DNA of 64,000 nt from Candidatus Xenobium occultum. Its GTDB lineage: Bacteria > Vulcanimicrobiota > Xenobia > Xenobiales > Xenobiaceae. Position numbers and translations under genes: made by a program. Each line of letters opens with the position of its first letter. Position 1 is the stretch's first letter. Positions 17,204-26,985 of this stretch are shown piece after piece. Under the pieces are notes generated by a model. It ran no database searches. It saw only the letters and a program-made list of their open reading frames with translations, and was not told the DNA's origin. The stretch lies in assembly GCA_002423485.1 (NCBI GenBank), contig DIWH01000011.1, positions 72,667 through 136,666 of the forward strand, given 5' to 3'.

Positions 17204-17578
17204 ATGCCAGAGGACCATCGGGATAAAATCGAGCAGATCCGGGCCCGTCGTGGTCGCGACAACGTCCAGATCGGCTACAACCCGTATGACCCGCAGCAGC
17301 AGGTCGGTGGCACTGCGCCTACGGGCGTCCAGGCCATCGGGACCGAGAGCGAAGGCGCCCCCCTCCTGGGAGCCGACTTCAAGAGCCCCTGGCTCCGCGA
17401 CCGGGTCACCCTGAGCCTGGACGGTCAGATCGCCATGATCGAGCAGCGGGCCCACGGCCGCACCTCCATCGCCGATCTGGGCTACAGCAACCGGATCCCC
17501 ATCCTGCCGCTCCGGCCAGGAATGTTCGTGAAGATCGAGCCGCCGGGGACCTACCGCCTGGTCTACAACAACCGCTGA
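17204..17578 (+). CDS. hypothetical protein (124 aa)
   Basis: ATG 17204 is preceded by aaaggggaa. Compact ORF with GC3 bias. Confidence 0.5.
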   Translation: MPEDHRDKIEQIRARRGRDNVQIGYNPYDPQQQVGGTAPTGVQAIGTESEGAPLLGADFKSPWLRDRVTLSLDGQIAMIEQRAHGRTSIADLGYSNRIPILPLRPGMFVKIEPPGTYRLVYNNR

Positions 17579-17584
17579 GCCGGA

Positions 17585-19567
17585 ATGACTGAGCCTGCCG
17601 GCCCGCTCCGTGCGGAGCGGGCTTTTGGCGTTTGGGCAAGCCTGGGGTGGCTCTTGAGCCTCCTGGTCCTCTTGTCTGCCGTTCCAGCCCGCGCCGAAGG
17701 CCCTCCCCCGCCGCACGTCCTGCCCTCCCCCACCCACACCTCTTCCACCCCTCGCGGCTCCTCCACCTGTCAGACCACCCGCGCGGTCCTGTGGGCTGCC
17801 CGGGGGGATCTCGAGAAGGCCCGCCTCGCGTTGGCCAGGCTGCCGGACGGTCCCCGGACCGACCTAGCCCGGGGACTTCTGGCCGAGCTCGAGGGGCGCC
17901 GTCAGGAAGCCGCACGCCTGTATCGCCGCGCGGAACGCGCGCTGCCAGCCGAGGCGGCCTTCCGGCTGGGGAACCTGGCCATGCTGGAGGGCAAGCCGAC
18001 CCAAGCCGTCGGGCACTTCCACCGCGCGCTGAGATACTCACCCGACCACGCCCTGGCCCACTATCACCTGGCGCTGGCGCTGGAATCGCGGGGCCGCGCC
18101 GAAGAGGCCCTGCCCCACCTGGACCGTGCCCTGGAGTTGGACCCGCCCCAGACCCAGCAACTGGTGCGTGCCGTGACCCGGGGGCGCTACGCGGCCCTGG
18201 AGGTCACGCCCGTGAACCTGCTGCGCTCCCGGGCCCTTCTGGCCCGAGGTCGCCTGAAGCTGGCCCTGGGCCGGCCGGGTGCCGGCGAAGACCTGCAGGC
18301 CTCACCCGATCTGGCCGCAGGCGAAGCGGGTGAGTCGCTCTTCCTCCTGGGGCAGGAGGCCCTCTCCCGCGGAGACGTGGGTGAGGCCGCCTTGTGGCTT
18401 CAGGCCTGCCTGGAGGCCTCGCTGGAACCCACGGGGATTCCGGCCGACCTGGCGGTCTGGGGACCAGGAGCCATCCTGGTCCGGCAACCCGATGGGCGCC
18501 TCGAACCGGTCCGCAGCCTGCGCCTGGGCGTGAACCCCCCGGGCTGGCTGGTCGACCAGGGTGGAGGAGCCTTCGGCATCCGGCTTCCCGCAGGCTCCTA
18601 CGACCTGCAGGTCGACCGGGATGGAACGGTCCGAGTCTGGCAACCGGAAGCGGCCTTGCCGCGAGCCGTGGGCCAACTTCCCCTGACCGGCGACCAGGTC
18701 CACGTCCTCTCCGGCTTCCGTGAGCGGGATCCGCGCGCCCGGTTGGCTTGGGATCTCCTGCACAGCCTGGGCTCGGATACCGAGAACCTGGTCCGTCTCC
18801 TCCCCTTCCTGACCTCCTCCGACCAGGTCGCCTTGCTGGCTCCCATGGCCGAAGGTCCGATGGCCCCCCTGGCCCAGGCCCGTCTGGCTGCGCTCTACTT
18901 CAGCCGCTTCCAGACCAGTCGCCGCCTGGAGGACCTGCAGGAAGCCCGGCGCCGCTGGCAATCCCTGCGCCGAAGCCACCCCGACCTGCAGTTCCCCGCG
19001 CTCAACCTGGCCACCATCGCCTTGCTGGACCGCCAGTTCGACGAGGCCACGGCGCTTCTGACCGGGCTTCGCGACGCCCACTCCGCCCGAACCCTGCCAG
19101 ACACCCTGCTGGTCCAGTTGCTGATGGCCCTGGGAGAATGGGATGCGGCCCTGCAGGCGGTTGAGGAGGCCAGGAAGCGGACGCCCAACGGGGCCTTCCC
19201 CCTCCTGGCCAGGGTCGAGATCATGGCGGCCCGAGGCCAGACCTCCCAGGCCCTTTCAGAGACCGAAGCCCTGCTGGCGGACCTTCCTGACCTCATCGAG
19301 GCCCGTTACCTCCTGGTGAGGCTTCTGGGCCGCTCGGGAAACGTGGTGCGTCAGCAAGCCGAGTTGGAGGACCTCCTGGAGATGGACCCGGCACCCTACC
19401 GGGCCCTGCGAATGCTCGGCTCGCTCCTGGACCGCCTGGGCCAGGCCCCCCAGGCCCTGGACCTCTACCGCCGCTATCTGGCCACCCCGGAGGCCCTGGT
19501 CTACGAAACCGAGGAGTGGGTCGCCATCGAGGTCCGGGTCCGCGAGCTGCACGAGCCTCCCCGCTGA
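17585..19567 (+). CDS. secreted TPR-repeat protein (660 aa)
   Basis: N-terminal signal peptide ...LLSLLVLLSAVPARAEG, then multiple TPR-like units (ALAHYHLALALESRGRAEEALPHLDRALELDP). Confidence 0.7.
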   Translation: MTEPAGPLRAERAFGVWASLGWLLSLLVLLSAVPARAEGPPPPHVLPSPTHTSSTPRGSSTCQTTRAVLWAARGDLEKARLALARLPDGPRTDLARGLLAELEGRRQEAARLYRRAERALPAEAAFRLGNLAMLEGKPTQAVGHFHRALRYSPDHALAHYHLALALESRGRAEEALPHLDRALELDPPQTQQLVRAVTRGRYAALEVTPVNLLRSRALLARGRLKLALGRPGAGEDLQASPDLAAGEAGESLFLLGQEALSRGDVGEAALWLQACLEASLEPTGIPADLAVWGPGAILVRQPDGRLEPVRSLRLGVNPPGWLVDQGGGAFGIRLPAGSYDLQVDRDGTVRVWQPEAALPRAVGQLPLTGDQVHVLSGFRERDPRARLAWDLLHSLGSDTENLVRLLPFLTSSDQVALLAPMAEGPMAPLAQARLAALYFSRFQTSRRLEDLQEARRRWQSLRRSHPDLQFPALNLATIALLDRQFDEATALLTGLRDAHSARTLPDTLLVQLLMALGEWDAALQAVEEARKRTPNGAFPLLARVEIMAARGQTSQALSETEALLADLPDLIEARYLLVRLLGRSGNVVRQQAELEDLLEMDPAPYRALRMLGSLLDRLGQAPQALDLYRRYLATPEALVYETEEWVAIEVRVRELHEPPR

Positions 19568-19734
19568 CCCTGGCCACAAGAGGTTGAAATCCATCCACAG
19601 GCCCCTGTGGAAACCTGCTGCAACCCCCCATCAGACCGGAGATCGGCCCTGGCACGCCTCGGCCCCCACCTGTGGATAACCACAACATCTCGAGATCGAA
19701 ACAAAATACAGCACAAGATCTTGCGCCTCCTGGG

Positions 19735-19763
19735 TTGACACCCAGCCCTCCTGGTGGCAGAAT
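19735..19763 (+). promoter_or_regulatory. sigma70-type promoter upstream of nrdJ
   Basis: Consensus TTGACA (19735-19740), a 17-nt spacer, and TGg-CAGAAT extended -10 (19755-19763). Two AT-rich 10-bp perfect palindromes lie immediately upstream. Confidence 0.35.
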
Positions 19764-19846
19764 TTTTCAAGTCCGATCCTCGTCCGGCGACCCTGTCGCC
19801 TGGTCCCGAAACGATCGGACCCGCAACTGATCGGAGGGCCACTTTC

Positions 19847-22363
19847 GTGCACAAGCCGTCAAACGGGAGCATCCTGGACCGACTCCCCCTGCTGGGCAAC
19901 AACAACCTCTCGCCCCTGGGCGAAAAGATCTTCCTGGATCGCTACGCCCTGAAGGACGGCTCCAAGAGCACGCTTCAGACCGACGACCTGGTGGTGGCCC
20001 TGGTCGACTCGGCCACGGGTCAGCGCGAGATCGGAACCGCGCAAGCCTTCAACGAGGGGAACGTGCAGGTCGTCCTGCGCGACGGAACCACCCTGGAGTT
20101 GCCCCTCGAGCACGTGGACAAACCCGTCGAGTTGACGGTCGAGCAGATGATGGACCGTGCAGCCCGGGGAGCCGCCGCCGTCGAGACCAGCGATCCCGAG
20201 CGCCAGAAGTGGTCCGAAAACTTCCGCTGGCTTCTGGACTCATGGAAGTTCGTGCCGGGTGGGCGAATCCTGACGGCCTGTGGCACCGACCAGAACCTGA
20301 CCTTCTACAACTGCTACGTGGTCCCCAGCCCGGGAGACTCCCGCGACGGCATCATCGAGACCCTCTCGCAGATGGCGGAGATCATGAGCCGAGGAGGTGG
20401 AGTGGGCATCAACCTGTCCACCCTGCGGCCCCGATACGCCTACGTCCGCGGCGTGAACGGACGTTCCTCCGGTTCGGTCTCCTGGGGTGGCCTGTTCAGC
20501 TTCGTGACGGGCCTGATCGAACAAGGAGGCTCGCGTCGGGGCGCCCTGATGCTGATCCTGAACATCTGGCACCCGGACATCCTGGAGTTCATCCGCTCGA
20601 AGAGGGAAGCCGGCAAGATCTCCAACGCCAACATCTCGGTGGGAATCACCGACCGCTTCATGCAGGCCGTAGAGGAGGATCTGGACTGGGACCTGGTCTT
20701 CCCCGACACCACCGACATCCGGTATGCCGAACACTGGAGCGGGGACCTGGAAGCCTGGCAGGCCATGGGTGGCGCCGTGGTGACCCACAAGACGGTCAAG
20801 GCCCGCGAGATCTGGAATGGCATCATCGAGAGCGCCTGGGCGTCAGCCGAGCCAGGCCTGTGGTTCGTAGACCGCTGCAACAAAGAGGCCAACTCCTGGT
20901 ACTACCCTGAGGGCCGACTGGTCTGCACCAACCCTTGTGGCGAGCAACCCCTGCCGGCCTGGGCGGTGTGCAACCTGGGGCACGTGAACCTCTCGCGAAT
21001 GGTGCACGAAGGTGAAGTCGATTGGGACACCCTGGGACGCACGGTCCGCTATGCCGTGCGCTTCCTGGACAACGTGATCGACGCCACCCCCTACTTCTTT
21101 GACCAGAACGCCCGCCAGCAAAAGGATGAGCGCCGGGTGGGCCTGGGCACCATCGGCCTGGCCGAGATGCTGATCCGCCTGGGCATCCGATATGGCTCCT
21201 CCGAGTCGGAGGACTTCATCGAGAGGCTGTATGAGTTCATCGCCACCCAGGCCTATGAAGCCTCCAGCGATCTGGCCGCGGAGAAGGGGGCCTTCCCCCG
21301 CTTCAACGCCGAGAAACTGCTGCAAAGCGGTTTCATGCAGCGCATGCCCGAGCCGGTCCGCCAGCGGGTGGCGGACCAAGGTCTGCGCAACGTCACCTTG
21401 CTGACCCAGGCTCCCACCGGAACCGTGGGCACCATGGTTGGCACCTCCACCGGAATCGAACCCTTCTACTTCTGGTCCTACCTGCGCAAGAGCCGCCTGG
21501 GAGTTCACGAAGAGAAGGTCGGCGTGGTCGAGGAGTTCCAGCAGGCCCATCCCGGCCAGCCCCTTCCAGAGTACTTCGTCAACGCCATGGACCTGGCCCC
21601 GGAAGAACACGTCCGAGTCCAGGCTGCCACCCAGCGCTGGGTGGACTCGGCGATCTCCAAGACCTGCAACGTGCCCTCCAGCTACACCGTGGAGCAGACC
21701 CGCGAGCTGTATGAGTTGATGTACCGCCTGGGCTGCAAGGGAGGCACGATCTATCGCGACAAGTCTCGCGACGAGCAGGTCCTGCACGTCCAGGAGGCCC
21801 CCACGCCAGCCCCCAAGCCGGCGGAGGCTTCCAAACCCAAGGTTCGTCCCCGGCCCTACAAGCGTCGTGGCGTGACCGTCTCCAAGGCCACTCCGGCCGG
21901 AACCGCCCACATCGTGATGAACGATGACGACGACGGGCGACCCTTCGAGCTCTTCATCGAGATCGGCAAGGGTGGCAGTGACATCAAGGCCATGGCGGAG
22001 GCCCTGGGCCGGCTGGCCTCGCTGGTCTTGAGGGTGAGCTCTCCCTTGAGCCCCAAGGAACGAGTCCAGGAGATCGTCAAGCAACTGGGCGGGATCGGGG
22101 GACCGCGCTCGACCGGATTCGGAAAGACCCGAGTGCGCTCGTTGCCGGACGCTCTGTCCCAGGCGCTGGAAGAGAACTACCTGGGCGCCGAAGAAGAGTT
22201 GGACGTGGCGACTCCGGCCTACCGGAAGGAAGTCCTGGGCGAGACCCGGGACTCGTTGGGCCTGGAGGCCTTTGCCGACCTCTGCCCGGAGTGCGGCAAC
22301 ACCAGCTTCGTCTACACCGAAGGGTGCACAACCTGCTATTCCTGCGGACACTCGGAGTGCTGA
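19847..22363 (+). CDS. nrdJ: ribonucleotide reductase class II (adenosylcobalamin-dependent), NrdJ
   Basis: Class II RNR hallmark TNPCGEQPL. Conserved N-terminal core and C-terminal zinc ribbon (CPECG...CTTCYSCGHSEC). GTG 19847 sits 8 nt after GGAGGG. The ORF-track start GTG 19754 lies inside the predicted promoter. Confidence 0.85.
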   Translation: MHKPSNGSILDRLPLLGNNNLSPLGEKIFLDRYALKDGSKSTLQTDDLVVALVDSATGQREIGTAQAFNEGNVQVVLRDGTTLELPLEHVDKPVELTVEQMMDRAARGAAAVETSDPERQKWSENFRWLLDSWKFVPGGRILTACGTDQNLTFYNCYVVPSPGDSRDGIIETLSQMAEIMSRGGGVGINLSTLRPRYAYVRGVNGRSSGSVSWGGLFSFVTGLIEQGGSRRGALMLILNIWHPDILEFIRSKREAGKISNANISVGITDRFMQAVEEDLDWDLVFPDTTDIRYAEHWSGDLEAWQAMGGAVVTHKTVKAREIWNGIIESAWASAEPGLWFVDRCNKEANSWYYPEGRLVCTNPCGEQPLPAWAVCNLGHVNLSRMVHEGEVDWDTLGRTVRYAVRFLDNVIDATPYFFDQNARQQKDERRVGLGTIGLAEMLIRLGIRYGSSESEDFIERLYEFIATQAYEASSDLAAEKGAFPRFNAEKLLQSGFMQRMPEPVRQRVADQGLRNVTLLTQAPTGTVGTMVGTSTGIEPFYFWSYLRKSRLGVHEEKVGVVEEFQQAHPGQPLPEYFVNAMDLAPEEHVRVQAATQRWVDSAISKTCNVPSSYTVEQTRELYELMYRLGCKGGTIYRDKSRDEQVLHVQEAPTPAPKPAEASKPKVRPRPYKRRGVTVSKATPAGTAHIVMNDDDDGRPFELFIEIGKGGSDIKAMAEALGRLASLVLRVSSPLSPKERVQEIVKQLGGIGGPRSTGFGKTRVRSLPDALSQALEENYLGAEEELDVATPAYRKEVLGETRDSLGLEAFADLCPECGNTSFVYTEGCTTCYSCGHSEC

Positions 22364-22493
22364 GCGAATCGCCCTCCTGGCGCCCCGGACGACTGGGTCC
22401 GAGCGCCAGGGGCGGCCTGTGTCCTGGCTTACAGACCGGGAACGCCGCTCCGGGGCAGGATCGGATCATCGGATCCTGGCCCGGAGCAGCGTC

Positions 22494-22853
22494 ATGAACC
22501 CTGAGCGCCTCAAGATCCTGCTGGTGGAGGACGACGAGAGCCTCCGGGAACTCTTCGTCCTGGTCCTGGAGCGGATCGGAGAGGTCCAAGCCTTCTCCCG
22601 AGCCGTTCAGGCCCTGCCCCATCTCGACCGGGCCGACATCCTGGTGACGGATCTGGCCCTGCCGGGGATGACGGGCCTGGACCTGCTCGACTATCTGAAG
22701 TCCATCGGTTCGTCGCTCCCGGCGCTGGTCATCACGGCCCATGAAGGCTGTCCGATGATGGACGAGGTTCTTCGCCGGGGAATCCCCATCCTCAAGAAGC
22801 CTTTCCGCCTGCACACGCTGCTCTCGATGGTCCAGAAGCTGCCGGTGGCTTGA
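22494..22853 (+). CDS. single-domain response regulator (CheY-like receiver)
   Basis: ATG 22494 gives MNPERLKILLVEDDESLRELF... with the acid pocket, phospho-acceptor Asp (VTDLALPGMTG) and KKP motif. The upstream part of the ORF-track frame is Pro/Arg-rich filler. Confidence 0.7.
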   Translation: MNPERLKILLVEDDESLRELFVLVLERIGEVQAFSRAVQALPHLDRADILVTDLALPGMTGLDLLDYLKSIGSSLPALVITAHEGCPMMDEVLRRGIPILKKPFRLHTLLSMVQKLPVA

Positions 22854-22861
22854 AGCCCGGG

Positions 22862-24286
22862 TCAGCCCGCGACCGCGGCTGAACTCGGTTCGGGCTCCAG
22901 CTCGAGACCTGAGGGCGGCAAGGCAACCAGGCGGTCGATGCGAAGCCCGTCCAGGGCCTCGACCCGGAAGCGGAAGCCTTCCACTTCGACGGTGTCGCCC
23001 ACCTCGGGTTTGCGACCCAGACGGCTGAAGACGACCCCACCGATGGTGTCGTTGTAGGAGTCCTGGAGGTCGACGCCCAGGCGCTCGCCGACCTCCTCGG
23101 TCAACAACAGACCCGAGAGCCGATACGATCCATCGGGCAACCCTTCGAGGTCTGGAGGTTCTTGGGCTTCGACCACGTCATGCATCTCACCGACGATGCG
23201 CTCCAGGATGCTTCCCCACGTCGCGATGCCGTCGGTGCCCCCATACTCATCCAGGATCAGGACCATCCTGGCCCCGTCCTGCCTCATACGGGCCAGCAAC
23301 TGAGCCACCGGAAGACTGTGGGGCACGCTGGTGATGGGGCGGATGAGCGAGGAAATCGGCAGGTCCAGGCACGCCTTGGGATTCGGCCCCTGGATGGCGG
23401 CCAGAAGCTCGCGGACGTGGACCACCCCCACGATGTCGTCGAGATTCTCTCGGAACACGGGGAAGCGGTCGAAACCCTCCTGCGCTGCCACAACCAGGAA
23501 ATCCCTCAGGCGCGAATCGTGTGGGACGCAGACCGCTTCGGTCCGCGGGACCATCACCTGTCCGGCCACCAGGTCGCAACACGAGAAGATCCGCCCGATC
23601 ATCTCCTTCTCGATGGGGTCCAACAGGCCCGCCTCCTCGCGGGCCGCCAACAACATCTTGATCTCCTCTTCACTGTGGACCGTCGAGACGGCGTCGCGGG
23701 GAGCGACCTTCAGCATGCGGACCAGGCTCGAAGAGGCCTGCGAGAGCAGGCGAATGAAGGGTTTGAAGAGCACCAGGAAGAGCTCCGTGGGGGCCGCCAC
23801 CCACAGGGCCGTGCGCTCCGGGTGATGCAGGGCCAGGATCTTGGGAGACTGTTCGCCGACGACGATGTGCAGGGTGGTGACCAGCGTGAAGGCCACCGCG
23901 AACGCCAGCGAGTGGGCGGCGGCCGCCGACCAGGACCCCAGGCTCTGGAAGAAGGGAAGGAAGAGAGCGGCCAGGGCCGGCTCGGCCAACCACCCCAGGC
24001 CCAGACTGGCCATCGTGATCCCCAACTGAGCGGCGGCGACGAAATCCTCCAGATGGTCCAATCCGCGCTTGACGGCGGAAGCCCCGCGGTGCCCTTCCCG
24101 GACCATTTGCTCGATCCGGGTTCGCCGAACCGTGGCCAGGGCGAATTCCGAAGCAACGAAGAAACCGTTGACCAGGACCAGGAAAGCCACGCCCAGCAGG
24201 CGCAGGCCGATATTCAGAGGGTCGTCATCCATCAATCGGGAGGTGTCCCAATGCTGCCATGATTTTCCATTCTTCCCCTGTGGCAA
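22862..24286 (-). CDS. CNNM/CorC-HlyC family protein (DUF21 TM domain + CBS pair + CorC_HlyC transporter-associated domain)
   Basis: Four TM helices at the N-terminus, two CBS motifs, and a C-terminal CorC_HlyC-like region. Start is either 24286 or 24232 (MDDDPL...). Confidence 0.8.
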   Translation of the reverse strand: MPQGKNGKSWQHWDTSRLMDDDPLNIGLRLLGVAFLVLVNGFFVASEFALATVRRTRIEQMVREGHRGASAVKRGLDHLEDFVAAAQLGITMASLGLGWLAEPALAALFLPFFQSLGSWSAAAAHSLAFAVAFTLVTTLHIVVGEQSPKILALHHPERTALWVAAPTELFLVLFKPFIRLLSQASSSLVRMLKVAPRDAVSTVHSEEEIKMLLAAREEAGLLDPIEKEMIGRIFSCCDLVAGQVMVPRTEAVCVPHDSRLRDFLVVAAQEGFDRFPVFRENLDDIVGVVHVRELLAAIQGPNPKACLDLPISSLIRPITSVPHSLPVAQLLARMRQDGARMVLILDEYGGTDGIATWGSILERIVGEMHDVVEAQEPPDLEGLPDGSYRLSGLLLTEEVGERLGVDLQDSYNDTIGGVVFSRLGRKPEVGDTVEVEGFRFRVEALDGLRIDRLVALPPSGLELEPEPSSAAVAG

Positions 24287-24508
24287 GGATAGCCAGGGCC
24301 AGAGCAGCTGTCAACGTCGAGCCTCACCCGGATTTCTGCAGGGAGATGTCATTCGAGGCAAGATTCCACCTGAGGGGAGCCTCCTTCATCAGGAATGCCG
24401 GGAGCCGCTGTGGGGTTTCGCGCATTGCCCTCCCCTGCCGGACCGCCGGAGAGGCCGGAAACCGGGCGTCTGCCGATGGAGCGGACGTCCTGGAATCCGA
24501 AAGGACTC

Positions 24509-24537
24509 TTGACACCGCGGGTCCGGGAACGTAAAAT
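24509..24537 (+). promoter_or_regulatory. sigma70-type promoter driving tRNA(CAT)
   Basis: Consensus TTGACA (24509-24514), an exact 17-nt spacer, and TAAAAT (24532-24537). The tRNA 5' end is 13 nt downstream. Confidence 0.45.
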
Positions 24538-24549
24538 CACCCTCGTCCC

Positions 24550-24624
24550 GGCGGGGTAGCTCAGAGGTAGAGCAGGGGACTCATAAGCCCTTGGTCGCGA
24601 GTTCGACTCTCGCCCCCGCCACCA
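24550..24624 (+). tRNA. tRNA with anticodon CAT; features favour tRNA-Ile2 (lysidine-modified) over elongator Met; not initiator (G1-C72 paired)
   Basis: 75-nt cloverleaf with anticodon loop CTCATAA. It shares a G27-U43 wobble pair and variable loop TGGTC with E. coli ileX-type tRNAs. Encoded CCA. Confidence 0.85.
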
Positions 24625-24630
24625 AGCAAA

Positions 24631-24658
24631 CCCCTGGGAAACCGGGGGTTTCTTGTTT
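24631..24658 (+). terminator. intrinsic terminator after tRNA(CAT)
   Basis: 7-bp stem cccctgg/ccggggg (one U-G pair) with a GAAA tetraloop, followed by TTTCTTGTTT. Confidence 0.4.
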
Positions 24659-24706
24659 GGGCGCGGCGAACCGGCCTCTCTCGACCCCGCCGTGCAGGAG
24701 GTTCCC

Positions 24707-26197
24707 ATGACCCGAGCCGCCTCAGGACTCGAAGACCAGCGGGAGCCCCAGGCCCCCAACCAGCAGGTGCCGCCGCAACGCCCGGCGCTGAGCCCCCTGG
24801 CCGACCGGGTCCGACGACACCTGCAGCAGACCTCCCTGATTCCCGCGGGCTCACGCTGCCTGGTGGCTCTCTCGGGTGGTGGGGACTCGGTCGCCCTGCT
24901 CCTGCTGCTGGTTGAACTCCGGACGCTGCTGGGCCTCTCCCTGTCCGCCGCGCACCTTGACCACGGACTGCGCCAGGGTTCCCGCGCCGACAGGGATTTC
25001 GTGCGGAGCCTGTGCCGTCGACTGGGCGTCCCGCTCACCTGCGCCCGAGCCGACATCCGATCCCTGGCCCGCTCCCGAAACCTCTCGGTCGAGGCAGCGG
25101 GCAGGAAGGCCCGCTACAGCTTCCTCCGCCGCGTCGCCCTCCGCTTGGGATGCCAGGTGGTCCTGACCGCGCACACCGCGGACGACCAGGCCGAGACGGT
25201 CCTCTTGCGCCTGGTCTCGGGGACTGGCCTGCGAGGCCTGGCAGGGATCCAGTCGCACCGCCGGGACGGTGTGGTCCGCCCCCTTCTGCCCTTCACGCGT
25301 CAGGAACTGCGCGACTGGTTGCACGCAGCGGGTCAGCCCTGGCAGGAAGACCCGACCAATCAGGTGGCCGACGCACCCAGGACCCGGATTCGACTGTTGC
25401 TGATGCCCATGCTGAAGGAATGGAACCCGAGGATTCTGCAAGCCCTGGGCCGGTTGGCCCGACAGGCTCGGGAGGACGAGACCTGCCTGGCGGGCCTGGC
25501 CCGGCCCCTGCTGCGCTCGGCCCGTCGCCAGCCGGGCGCCCTGGTCCTGAGCCTGCCGAAGCTTCAACGCCTGGATCCCCCGGTGCGCTGGCGCGCCCTG
25601 CGCCGCGCCCTGGCCCGCCTGGGTTGTCGGTTGGAGGCCCGACACCGCGATCTCTTGGAGGACCTGCTGGCTGGCCCCTCGGGGCGGGATCTGGACCTTC
25701 CCGGAGGACGAAGGGCCCGACGACGCGGCCAGGAACTTCACCTGGAAGCCCTCCCTGCCGTCCCCCCAGAGCCCCCTCCCCCGGCTGCCCTCTCGTGTCA
25801 ACCGGGCCAGGTGGAGCTCCCGAGATGGAACCTCCGCCTGGAGATGTTCCCCTGCGACGAAGCAGCCCCCCCCGCTCCCTGGGAGGTCTGGCTGGATCCC
25901 GAGCTCCTGGACGGCCCCCTGGAGGTGCGCTCCCGACGTCCCGGCGACCGATTCCGCCCGGCCGGCGGAACAGGCCAGACGACGCTGAAGAAGTATCTCC
26001 ACGCGCTCGGACTTCCCAAGGAAGACCGGGACCAGATTCCCCTGCTGTGCCATCAGGACCGAGTGGTCTGGGTCATCGGGCATCGCGCTGACCAGGATTT
26101 CCTGGCCACTCCCAAGACCCGACGGGTCCTGAGGCTCCGGGCCACTCCCCTCCTGACAGGAGCCCGTGCCGGGCCGCCGAAGGGCAGCCTGCCATGA
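24707..26197 (+). CDS. tilS: tRNA(Ile)-lysidine synthetase TilS
   Basis: PP-loop SGGGDS with N-terminal ATP-PPase fold motifs. ATG 24707 sits 6 nt after AGGAGG. The ORF-track TTG 24653 lies within the terminator T-tract. Confidence 0.8.
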   Translation: MTRAASGLEDQREPQAPNQQVPPQRPALSPLADRVRRHLQQTSLIPAGSRCLVALSGGGDSVALLLLLVELRTLLGLSLSAAHLDHGLRQGSRADRDFVRSLCRRLGVPLTCARADIRSLARSRNLSVEAAGRKARYSFLRRVALRLGCQVVLTAHTADDQAETVLLRLVSGTGLRGLAGIQSHRRDGVVRPLLPFTRQELRDWLHAAGQPWQEDPTNQVADAPRTRIRLLLMPMLKEWNPRILQALGRLARQAREDETCLAGLARPLLRSARRQPGALVLSLPKLQRLDPPVRWRALRRALARLGCRLEARHRDLLEDLLAGPSGRDLDLPGGRRARRRGQELHLEALPAVPPEPPPPAALSCQPGQVELPRWNLRLEMFPCDEAAPPAPWEVWLDPELLDGPLEVRSRRPGDRFRPAGGTGQTTLKKYLHALGLPKEDRDQIPLLCHQDRVVWVIGHRADQDFLATPKTRRVLRLRATPLLTGARAGPPKGSLP

Positions 26198-26721
26198 CGA
26201 CCCTCCAAACTGCCCCTGGTCCGGTCATCCTTCCCCGAGAGCGGATCCAGGAACGGGTTCGTGAACTGGCGGCCGAAATCAGCCGGGACTACCAGGGGCG
26301 CCCGCTTCACCTGCTGGCGGTCCTGCGAGGGGCTCTTCCCTTCCTGAGCGACCTCTCGCGAAACCTCACTCTGGACGTCTCTTTCGACTTCCTGGCCGTG
26401 ACTCGAGACGGACCCGAGGGCCACGTCCAACTGATCAAGGACCTCGACCAACCCGTCGAGGGGCGGGAAGTCCTGCTGGTGGAGGACATCGTCAACGAGG
26501 GCACCACCCTGAAGTATCTCCTGAAGACCCTGGAACTGCGCCGTCCCGCTGGGGTGCGGGTCTGCACCATGTTCGACCGCCCCTCGCGCCGCAAGGCCGA
26601 CGTCCAGGCCGACTACCTCGGCCTGGTCCTGGACGACCGGTTCGTGGTCGGATACGGCCTGGACTACCAGCAGCACTACCGGAACCTTCCGGACCTGGCG
26701 GAGTTCACCGTTCCCGACTGA
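26194..26721 (+). CDS. hpt: hypoxanthine phosphoribosyltransferase
   Basis: PRPP-binding motif VLLVEDIVNEGTTL. ATGA overlap with the tilS stop. The tilS-hpt-ftsH order is conserved. Confidence 0.85.
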   Translation: MTTLQTAPGPVILPRERIQERVRELAAEISRDYQGRPLHLLAVLRGALPFLSDLSRNLTLDVSFDFLAVTRDGPEGHVQLIKDLDQPVEGREVLLVEDIVNEGTTLKYLLKTLELRRPAGVRVCTMFDRPSRRKADVQADYLGLVLDDRFVVGYGLDYQQHYRNLPDLAEFTVPD

Positions 26722-26985
26722 GCACGGCGTCTCGTCTCCAGACTCCGACCAGACCTGAATCCGCCGCCTGCGTTGTCCCGCCTCCGGGTGCCATGCTATG
26801 ATGGCACTGCCCGACTCGCGAGGCCCCCCCACCCCCCCTGACCGGAGTCCTCCCGGCGGGGAGGTTTGTTGTTCTCCAGCCCCCGTCAGGCAGGGGTCCC
26901 GCGCTTCGGATGGAAGCCCCTGCCCCGAACATCCTGGTGTGCCGCCTGGACAAGGCAGCACGGTGTTGAAGAGAGGTACTTTCGG

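Noticed and set aside
19568-19846. Cobalamin riboswitch upstream of the B12-dependent RNR
   Set aside because: I searched for the B12-box (AGYCMGG AGACCKGCC-like) and the GCCACTG element and found no convincing match. Class II RNR genes are not typically B12-riboswitch controlled.
20843-22351. 502-aa minus-strand ORF inside nrdJ
   Set aside because: It is antisense to a gene with unambiguous class II RNR motifs and looks like a GC-bias artefact.
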